DNA from: a virus
Taxonomy: Duplodnaviria; Caudoviricetes
Virus record (IMG/VR): IMGVR_UViG_3300037474_000129
Coordinates: 1 to 48,216 of that record
DNA length: 48,216 nt
Direction: 5' to 3' (one strand)
Both the position numbers and the translations under genes were made by a program. The notes below the pieces were generated by a model that saw only the letters and a list, made by a program, of their open reading frames with translations, was not told the DNA's origin and ran no database searches. The stretch's first letter is position 1; each line of letters begins with the position of its first letter. This document shows, in pieces, positions 35,646 to 42,757 of this stretch.

Positions 35646-37127
35646 TCACCACTTGAGCAGCTCGACGAGGGCAGGGGCGATGCGCTCGAGGATCGCCGCA
35701 GCGCGTGGACCGAGGTCGATTTCCAGGCGGAGGGCGGCGGGCCGGCCGACGGGCGGGGCGTGGGCGAGCGACACCCGGTGGGGGTCCAACTTCGGGTCGT
35801 AGGCCGCAGATCCGCCAAGCTCGGCCGCGTCCAGCGGGATGCCAGTGCGAGGCCTGGGTCCGGGGTCGCCGACATCGGTCGCCGTGCACCCATCCATGCA
35901 GAGCCACTCGCCGCCGTCGCTCTGGACGCACGTCGCGAAGTGGCCCGCCGCCACAGCCGGCCCGTGCCCTCTATGCTGCTCGGGTACCGTCGGTGCTTGG
36001 GGGTCCGCCTTCGGAGCGGGCGTGGTCTGTGCCTGGCCGCACCTACAGGCCCCACGTCCGCGCTTGCCAGTGCACGACGCGCCTGGGTGTGCCGGGTGGG
36101 GGCACTCGCTGCAGGTTCTGGCGGCCGGCGGGGGAGATGCAGTGGTCGGTGCCGGCGGCTGTCGAGCTGGCGTGCTGGCGACGGGGAGGGGGATCTCGAC
36201 CGGGTCAGCGAGAGCGTCGCGCTGCTCGCTCGGCGTGAGCTCCGCCAGTGGAGGCGACGCGGCGGGCTTCTCCTCGGGTGGAGTGACGATGTCGAACAGG
36301 GCCATTTCCTCAGGCTTCAATTCCAGCATGACTTGATTCCTCCTAAACGCAGTACAGATCGATTGATGGGGACAGCCGGTGTAGGCGTGGCATGCGCGCC
36401 TGTTGAAAGGGACGTCGTCCTGTGAAGTGGCTCTGGCAGTTTTCTGGATGTCGACAACGAGCTGGGCGATGTGCTCCGTCCGGGCTCGGATGACGTCCGC
36501 GTGAACGGTCTGAACCCGCAGGAACGAATCCACACCACGACGCGAAATGTAGTGATGAACGAGTCGGAACTCCGTCGCCTCTGGCCAGATCCTCATGGAG
36601 TCCAACGCATAGACGGGCATCTGGATGGTGCTGACGAGTTTGTCCGCAGGCTTGGCGTACGTGTGGATGTCAGAGCTGAATTTGAAGTCCCTTACTTCGA
36701 CGACACCGTCCCGCTGGTACCGGAGGTCGACATACCCGTCCCACGGAACACCGCCGAGCCAGAGCGTGGTTTCACGACGGAGGGGCTGCCATTCTCCAGT
36801 GGCTGTCTTCGGGGCCTGACCGTCGAACCTGGACTCGACGAGGAACGGCGACCCGGTGCGATGCGGAGGAAGTTCCCCCGCCGCTATGACGCCGCGGACC
36901 ATCTTCCCCATCTTGACACGGCCCATTGGGACGATGCCCGTTCGGAGGTAGCCAGCGAGCAGCTCGTGTCCTGCGCCCCCATCACTCTGGGCCTCGCCCT
37001 TCTCCGGTCGGCGTCCCTCCACGCGTTCCAAGTACCAGCGCCGCTTACAGCCGCCCGTCTGCGCCGGATCGAATGTCTCAGCTTGGCTGACACTGAGGGA
37101 GGTGAGGACGCCGCCGGAGACACTCAC
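35646..37127 (-). CDS. PD-(D/E)XK (Cas4/RecB-like) nuclease with Pro-rich C-terminal extension
   Basis: CKRRWY, G.AGH, GYVDL, DFK, QMPVY, CHAYTGCPHQSIC Fe-S-type Cys. Confidence 0.85.
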   Translation of the reverse strand: MSVSGGVLTSLSVSQAETFDPAQTGGCKRRWYLERVEGRRPEKGEAQSDGGAGHELLAGYLRTGIVPMGRVKMGKMVRGVIAAGELPPHRTGSPFLVESRFDGQAPKTATGEWQPLRRETTLWLGGVPWDGYVDLRYQRDGVVEVRDFKFSSDIHTYAKPADKLVSTIQMPVYALDSMRIWPEATEFRLVHHYISRRGVDSFLRVQTVHADVIRARTEHIAQLVVDIQKTARATSQDDVPFNRRACHAYTGCPHQSICTAFRRNQVMLELKPEEMALFDIVTPPEEKPAASPPLAELTPSEQRDALADPVEIPLPVASTPARQPPAPTTASPPPAARTCSECPHPAHPGASCTGKRGRGACRCGQAQTTPAPKADPQAPTVPEQHRGHGPAVAAGHFATCVQSDGGEWLCMDGCTATDVGDPGPRPRTGIPLDAAELGGSAAYDPKLDPHRVSLAHAPPVGRPAALRLEIDLGPRAAAILERIAPALVELLKW

Positions 37128-37537
37128 GCTTCAGCCCTCACATGAGCGAGGTAGTGCCCCAGGGCATCGATCACCGCTTGTTCCTGCGGATCGATCTCAA
37201 CACCCTCACATGCGAGCTTGTGGAGCATGTTGTACGCGTGGCCGATCAGCGACACGGGCTCCTGGACATCTAGGCCCCGTGCGGCGATGCATGCCTCGTT
37301 GCGCAACCGGCGGAGCTGCTTGAGCCTGGTGTTCACCTCAATCAACCGGACGGTCAGCTCGCCCATCCGGCGCTTTGCGGTGTCCATCCGGATGTTGTAG
37401 GCGCGGGCACCCAGCATCACCCCACCCTCATAGAGTCGCTTCTGACGAAGCGTCGTTTCGAGTTCGACTTTCGTCTTCACGAGGGCGACACGCTCATTTT
37501 CGAGCGTCGTCAACTCCTGCATTTCCTCGGGCGTCAT
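37124..37537 (-). CDS. Coiled-coil hypothetical protein
   Basis: Coupled ORF. Confidence 0.65.
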   Translation of the reverse strand: MTPEEMQELTTLENERVALVKTKVELETTLRQKRLYEGGVMLGARAYNIRMDTAKRRMGELTVRLIEVNTRLKQLRRLRNEACIAARGLDVQEPVSLIGHAYNMLHKLACEGVEIDPQEQAVIDALGHYLAHVRAEA

Positions 37538-37540
37538 GGT

Positions 37541-37768
37541 CTACGCCGCTTGGGCCAGAGGGCGCTCTTCGGGACGCAGGCTCGCGAACACCCGCGAGAA
37601 TTCCACGAACCACCACGGCATCACTGTCCGCGTGGACATCGGTGCGCCATTGAACCGCGCCGCCCGACGTTTGGCATAGGTCGACTTCCCCCCACTCTCG
37701 GCCATCGCTTGTTTCTTCGCCGCCTTCGCTTTCTGCAGTTCGGCCCGGCGCTTCTGGTTGTTATTCAT
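37541..37768 (-). CDS. Small Arg/Lys-rich protein
   Basis: MNNNQKRRAELQKAKAAKKQA; GAGAGG SD. Confidence 0.65.
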   Translation of the reverse strand: MNNNQKRRAELQKAKAAKKQAMAESGGKSTYAKRRAARFNGAPMSTRTVMPWWFVEFSRVFASLRPEERPLAQAA

Positions 37769-37784
37769 GCGTTGGCTACCTCTC

Positions 37785-37930
37785 TGGTTGTGAAAAAGCG
37801 CCGCACCGCTGAAGGGAGCAGGAACGGCAAACGCTTCCCAGGGCACAGCCTTGAGGCGGCTACGCGGTGTACCGCCAGGTTATGGGACCCCACCCCTCAG
37901 GCGTTCCCCGTTACCGGGGTCTGGGTGTTC
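37785..37930 (-). ncRNA. Putative structured intergenic RNA or attenuator
   Basis: CCCCG-GTAA-CGGGG hairpin; multi-stem closed by CACCGC/GCGGTG; ends CGCTTTTTCACAACCA. Confidence 0.4.
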
Positions 37931-38797
37931 TTACGCGGACTTCTCCATCTCCAGCGCGGCCCGACGCTGCTTGTAGAGCGCCAGGAGCTGGTCACGATCC
38001 CCAGGGTGCTGCTTCAGATGAGCCGGCACAACCGTCTGGCTGATGCGGTCGAGCGATGCCAGCGAATCGGCGAACCGCAGCTGTTCCGCCGCCTGCTGGA
38101 ACGGCGAGAGCGGCGCGCCCTCGTTGAGCCAGTCGACGAGCCGCTTCGCGATCTTCGGGAGGTCCGCGCGATCGTGGACGCTTCCGAGCGGGAGAAGCTC
38201 CCCGTTGCGCGTCTTCACGACGATCACCTTACCCTCGGGTGTCAGCTCGAGGACCCAGTCGAACTCGTATTCGGCGCCCTTCCCTGCCACGGGCTTGGTG
38301 CCGACCTTGCGCGGCACTGCCTTGCCCCGGTCGTCTTTCTCGACGAGCCACTCGGCGTCCAGGCGCATCGTGGCAATGCAGTGTCCAGGGTAGCTCAGCA
38401 TCTTGTGGATGAGGGACTTGACGAGCGGGGTGACGGCTTTCCAGCCGTTGCTGAACTTGTTCCCGCCCATGGCGTCCACGGCCTCGAGCGCCGCAATCCA
38501 GGAGTGCGACCAACTGTCGTAGATCAGGACGTCGATCCCGTCCTCAGCGGCGAGCGACGTCTGAGCGATGTACTCCTGAACGGAGTGCTCGGTCATCGGT
38601 TGGTGTTGGAACTCGGGGATGCCTGGCCGACCGGCGCTCTTGAGCGCGCTCTTGTACTCCGAGTCGAGCAGGCCGATCTTCTTCCCCAGCACCGCCGCGA
38701 TAAGGAGAGCAGTGAATGTCTTGCCGACGCCTGACATCCCTTGGATCGCGATCTTCAGGAATGCGCTACTACGGACTGCCTTATTGCCGAAAGCCAT
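37931..38797 (-). CDS. AAA-family ATPase (AAA_24/Sak4-like)
   Basis: GMSGVGKT Walker A, LDSE, IYDSWSH, EYEFD, KTR. Confidence 0.85.
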   Translation of the reverse strand: MAFGNKAVRSSAFLKIAIQGMSGVGKTFTALLIAAVLGKKIGLLDSEYKSALKSAGRPGIPEFQHQPMTEHSVQEYIAQTSLAAEDGIDVLIYDSWSHSWIAALEAVDAMGGNKFSNGWKAVTPLVKSLIHKMLSYPGHCIATMRLDAEWLVEKDDRGKAVPRKVGTKPVAGKGAEYEFDWVLELTPEGKVIVVKTRNGELLPLGSVHDRADLPKIAKRLVDWLNEGAPLSPFQQAAEQLRFADSLASLDRISQTVVPAHLKQHPGDRDQLLALYKQRRAALEMEKSA

Positions 38798-38820
38798 TCG
38801 AATTTCCTCCAGTCCCGCCA

Positions 38821-38893
38821 CTTCTACACGATCCAGATCACGAACGCAAATCTGGAATCTGGATTGATTTCTGTCGAGCGGCTGTGGTAAACG
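38821..38893. promoter_or_regulatory. Divergent early promoters with a central operator
   Basis: Leftward TTGCGT-17-TAGAAG; rightward TTGATT-18-TAAACG; CCAGATTCCAGATT (-) at 38849-38862 between the two -35 boxes. Confidence 0.6.
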
Positions 38894-38921
38894 ACTCTGG
38901 AATCATCCACAGGAGACGACG

Positions 38922-39374
38922 ATGGCGTTCAAGGAAGTGGTGTTGACTAAGGAAGAGGTTGCCGCGCTGAGCGGGAAGTTCTGGAAGCCCAAGATGGTGG
39001 GTGACAAATTGCTTGGCTTCTTCGTGAAGTACGAGCAGCGCCAGCACGACTTCGGCCCCCAGAATGGAGGCGTGAAGACTCTCCACTCCTACACCTTCCA
39101 GAACAAGGAAGGCGCGATCACCCACGACGCGAACCCGGACCTCCACCGCAAGCTTCAGAAGGCGATGAAGCCGGCTGCTGAGGGCGGACTGGGCTTGACG
39201 CCGGGTCAACGCCACGCGTGCTCCATGACGTACTCGGGCGACCTGGACACCGGTCAGGAGTCCAAGATGAAGATGTTCAGGCTCGAGGTGGACACCGACT
39301 TCAAGGCTGGCGCCGCACCGCCGCCCCCTCCCCCGCCGCCCCCCGCCACTGACTACGACGACATCCCCTTCTAG
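38922..39374 (+). CDS. Single-stranded DNA-binding-like protein
   Basis: Beta-rich core, poly-Pro linker, acidic SSB-type tip DYDDIPF; AGGAG SD. Confidence 0.75.
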   Translation: MAFKEVVLTKEEVAALSGKFWKPKMVGDKLLGFFVKYEQRQHDFGPQNGGVKTLHSYTFQNKEGAITHDANPDLHRKLQKAMKPAAEGGLGLTPGQRHACSMTYSGDLDTGQESKMKMFRLEVDTDFKAGAAPPPPPPPPPATDYDDIPF

Positions 39375-39498
39375 ACGGTCTGTCGTGGCGACTGGGTCTC
39401 TCTGGGGAGCACGTTGCTACGCCCCGCCGTCTAGCGCCATCCACGGCAAGGCGTGAATCCGTGGTGCCTGGCTCCCGGCAATACGGGGGCGCTTCAAC

Positions 39499-39590
39499 GG
39501 GGTGATAGCTCGGACGCCTGCCGACTGGCGGGCGCATGGCAGAGCATCGGGTGACCGAAGGACCTGGGGTTCGAATCCCCAGTCGCCCCA
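39499..39590 (+). ncRNA. tRNA-like RNA with GNRA-capped truncated anticodon arm and a hairpin inserted in the D loop
   Basis: GGGGTGA/TCGCCCC; GCTC...GAGC enclosing CGCCTGCC-GACT-GGCGGGCG; TCGG-GTGA-CCGA; CTGGGG-TTCGAAT-CCCCAG. Confidence 0.75.
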
Positions 39591-39617
39591 TTCACAACCA
39601 ATTCCACCGGAGTATCC

Positions 39618-40157
39618 ATGTCCCTCGGCATGACCGACCAGGTGCGCGTCGCGCTCCTGAAGCAGAATCGCATTGCCGCGCTAATCGGCGGCTGGCTGTC
39701 CAAGCTCGCCCCCATCGGTGCGTTCGCGATCGCTCACTTCGCGCCGCTGGACTACACCACCCCTCGCGGGGTGTACCTCTGGTGTCTGCTGGCGGGGTGC
39801 CTCGCGTTCTCCGCGCCGAAGGCGTTCAAGTGGGGCAGGACGACCTTCGATTCTTGGCTCGAGGGCGCAGGGTTCGTCGTACTTGCTGAGGGGCTCTCCC
39901 TCGCACCTCATGATGTCCACTGGTTCCTGACGTTCGTAAGCTTCGACGCCCTGCTGATCCTCCTCGTCATCAACACGACGACGGGCGCCGTCCGGGTGGC
40001 GCTGGATCAAAAGGAGACTCGCGCAGCTGCGCGGGAGCCGGTACCAGTGGTGACGACGCAGGTGATCCGTCCGAATCCAGGCGAGTGGCTGTCGGTGGTC
40101 CCTGCCCGGAAGCGGGCCGCGAAGATGACGGCGCAGAAGAAGGGGGCGAGGCGATGA
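39618..40157 (+). CDS. Multi-pass membrane protein
   Basis: About four hydrophobic segments, basic C-terminus; GGAG SD. Confidence 0.7.
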   Translation: MSLGMTDQVRVALLKQNRIAALIGGWLSKLAPIGAFAIAHFAPLDYTTPRGVYLWCLLAGCLAFSAPKAFKWGRTTFDSWLEGAGFVVLAEGLSLAPHDVHWFLTFVSFDALLILLVINTTTGAVRVALDQKETRAAAREPVPVVTTQVIRPNPGEWLSVVPARKRAAKMTAQKKGARR

Positions 40158-40342
40158 ACTCAGGCAGTGACCCCTCCCTACCACATCTGATTCAAGTGCA
40201 CGGGACCTGTGGCTGCAAAAACCATTGCGCAAATGAGCAGGGATGCTCAAAACCGAGGCGCTTCGGTGTGTGTGAGGTCGAGATTCAAGACGCAGGAATC
40301 GCGGTCCCGAGCACAGACGAAGCAGTCGACTACGGCCAGTAA
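40154..40342 (+). CDS. Small Cys-rich hypothetical protein
   Basis: ATGA overlap; CGCKNHC. Confidence 0.45.
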   Translation: MNSGSDPSLPHLIQVHGTCGCKNHCANEQGCSKPRRFGVCEVEIQDAGIAVPSTDEAVDYGQ

Positions 40343-40345
40343 CGC

Positions 40346-42178
40346 ATGCCCCCTCAAGTCCTCCGCGACTACCAGCAGAGAGGGCTGTCCATGATCATGG
40401 ACGCCTGGCGCGGGGGTGCGCGTTCAGTGCTCGCCATCAGCCCGACTGGCAGTGGGAAGACAACTCTCTTCGGGGAGCTCACGCGGGCACTAGACGCAGG
40501 CGGGAAACGCGTGCTCATCCTGGCTCACCGCCGGGAGCTCATCGACCAAGCGTGCAATCGGCTCCGAGAGTTCGGAGTGACCTACGGCGTGATCATGGCG
40601 GGCGTCGAGCCCACTCCGTACCGCCGTGTCCAGGTCGCTTCGATTCAGACGCTCGTCCGCCGTTCCAAGCTCCCAGACGCAGAGCTCGTCATCATCGACG
40701 AAGCGCACCTCAGCACAGCCGAGACGTACCGCCGGATTCTCGACGGATACCCTCGGGCACGTATCCTCGGGCCTACGGCAACGCCCTGGCGGCTCTCTGG
40801 TAAGCCCCTGGCGGGTGCCTATGACGCGTCGGTCATCGTCGCCACCCCCCGCGAGCTCCGCGAGCAGGGACACCTGTGCGATTACGTCGGTTTCTCGTAC
40901 AAGCACCCGGATCTATCTGAAGTGAAGACGACGGGGGGCGACTACAACGAACGCGAGAGCGCCGCGGCGATGTCGAGCGGTGTGATCGTGGACAACATCG
41001 TGGAGCAGTGGCAGGCCCACGCATCAGGGCTCTCGACGATCGTGTTCGCCGTCACCGTCGAACACTCCAAGACGCTCACCGAGCGCTTTCGCGCGGCTGG
41101 CGCTGTGGCTGAGCACCTCGACGGGGAGACACCGCTCGAGCAGCGCCGCGCGATCCTTCGCCGGGTGGCGCAGGGACAGACGCAGGTGCTCTGCAACGTC
41201 GGCGTCGCCGTTGAGGGCCTGGACATCCCCCGGTTGAAGTGCTGCGTCCTGGCGAGGCCCACAAAGTCCCTCGCCCGCGCGATTCAAATGATGGGCCGCG
41301 TTCGTCGGCCGTGGGAAGGCCAGGTAGCCCGTATCCATGATCACGCCTTCGTCATCAAGCAGCACGGCCTCCCTGATGCGGACCGCGACTACTCACTGAG
41401 TACGAAACCTGAGGCCCCGCCCTCGTTGAGCCAGTGTAAGAGGTGCCTCGCGGTTCGTGAACCCGGTCAGCCTTGCATACTCTGTGGTGCGGAGGCTGAA
41501 TCCGTCCTGATCGGTGAGCGCGTTGTCCAGACGATCAAGGACGCAGAGCAGTATGAGTTCAGCTCCGCAACTGAAGAGGCGCCCGAAGTCCGCCCGTCGA
41601 AGCCCGTCGAGATCACTTGGGGGCAGGTGGCGGTCGATCGCGTCTTTGAGGGTCGTCTGATGAAGCGGTGGACAGAACAGCGCGAGCACGGGCCGCAACG
41701 CAAGTACCTGATCAATGGTGCCAAGCGCGACTATGAACTACCTGGCACATCTCGTCTTGACGCTCTGATGGACCACATCCAGATTCCCGATTCCGTCAGA
41801 ATCACATATAAAGGACGCCGCGGGACGAGCTCACTAGCGCCGCACGAGTTCAAGGTTGAGGTCGACGACGGCAGTCCCGATGCGGAGACACTAGAGATGG
41901 CACGCCGCTACCAAGCCGGGGAGACATTCGCCGCAATCGCTAAATCGTTCAAGGTCCATCCAACAGCCGTTATGCGAAAGTTGAAGAGGGCTGGCGTCGA
42001 AGCGCGTTCGATGTCGCAAACCATCACACTAGCACGCGGGCACGAACCAGAAAAACGACGTTTGGCGCTTGAGCTGTACCTTGGAGGCAAAACCCTCAAG
42101 GAAGTGAGCGCAACTGTTGGGGCTTCTCTGAGCACAGTACATGAGTGGGTTAGCGCTGAACGGGTCTCCCATGGTTGA
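40346..42178 (+). CDS. SF2 DEAH helicase with Zn finger, SSB-like domain and tandem HTH
   Basis: LRDYQ, PTGSGKT, DEAH, TATP, EGLDIP, QMMGRVRR; C-terminal accessory domains. Confidence 0.92.
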   Translation: MPPQVLRDYQQRGLSMIMDAWRGGARSVLAISPTGSGKTTLFGELTRALDAGGKRVLILAHRRELIDQACNRLREFGVTYGVIMAGVEPTPYRRVQVASIQTLVRRSKLPDAELVIIDEAHLSTAETYRRILDGYPRARILGPTATPWRLSGKPLAGAYDASVIVATPRELREQGHLCDYVGFSYKHPDLSEVKTTGGDYNERESAAAMSSGVIVDNIVEQWQAHASGLSTIVFAVTVEHSKTLTERFRAAGAVAEHLDGETPLEQRRAILRRVAQGQTQVLCNVGVAVEGLDIPRLKCCVLARPTKSLARAIQMMGRVRRPWEGQVARIHDHAFVIKQHGLPDADRDYSLSTKPEAPPSLSQCKRCLAVREPGQPCILCGAEAESVLIGERVVQTIKDAEQYEFSSATEEAPEVRPSKPVEITWGQVAVDRVFEGRLMKRWTEQREHGPQRKYLINGAKRDYELPGTSRLDALMDHIQIPDSVRITYKGRRGTSSLAPHEFKVEVDDGSPDAETLEMARRYQAGETFAAIAKSFKVHPTAVMRKLKRAGVEARSMSQTITLARGHEPEKRRLALELYLGGKTLKEVSATVGASLSTVHEWVSAERVSHG

Positions 42179-42500
42179 AGCCCATCTCGTCCACGACATC
42201 CTGAAGGCGTGGGGGGCACACCCACGGCTCCGTATTGCTCGTATCAACATCGGCAAGGCATTCCCGCCGAACTCTGATCGGCTCGTCACCTTCGGCGTGC
42301 CGGGAACGGCGGACATCTGCGGACTGATCGCGCCGTCGGGGAGGTTCCTCGCGATCGAATGCAAGTCAGCTGTTGGTCGACAGCGCCCAGAACAGGAGAC
42401 GTTTCAGCGCGTTGTTGAGGCCATGGGGGGCTTGTACGTGCTGGCCCGATCGGTGGATGACGTCGACGCTGTGCTCGGTGCGCTCGGGATTACACGATGA
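42171..42500 (+). CDS. VRR-NUC nuclease
   Basis: PGTADI, FLAIECKS..GRQRPEQ. Confidence 0.88.
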   Translation: MVEAHLVHDILKAWGAHPRLRIARINIGKAFPPNSDRLVTFGVPGTADICGLIAPSGRFLAIECKSAVGRQRPEQETFQRVVEAMGGLYVLARSVDDVDAVLGALGITR

Positions 42501-42757
42501 GAGGCACGTCGAACACCAACGCGCGGGGGAACTCTCGCGATCGTGCCGCTCGTCGCCGGTTCCTCGTCCGCACCTACGAGTCGAACCGTGGAGCCGGCAC
42601 ATGCCGGTGCTACCGATGTGGAACGCTCCTCAATGAGGAGACTGTCACCGTCGACCGGATCACCCCGGGCTGCCTCGGCGGACGCTACGTGCGCTCCAAC
42701 ATCCGACCGGCGTGCGGACGGTGCAACAGCGAGACGGGCGGGAGACTCCGCGCGTGA
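42497..42757 (+). CDS. HNH endonuclease
   Basis: CYRCG, TVDRI.P..GG.Y..SNIRPACGRCN. Confidence 0.85.
   Translation: MRGTSNTNARGNSRDRAARRRFLVRTYESNRGAGTCRCYRCGTLLNEETVTVDRITPGCLGGRYVRSNIRPACGRCNSETGGRLRA

Noticed and set aside
35646-37127. CRISPR-Cas system, because of the Cas4-like nuclease
   Set aside because: No repeat-spacer array or other cas genes seen; solo Cas4-like nucleases are common in phage recombination modules
39314-39348. CCG/CCC low-complexity tract as a DNA repeat element
   Set aside because: It encodes the poly-proline linker of the SSB-like protein
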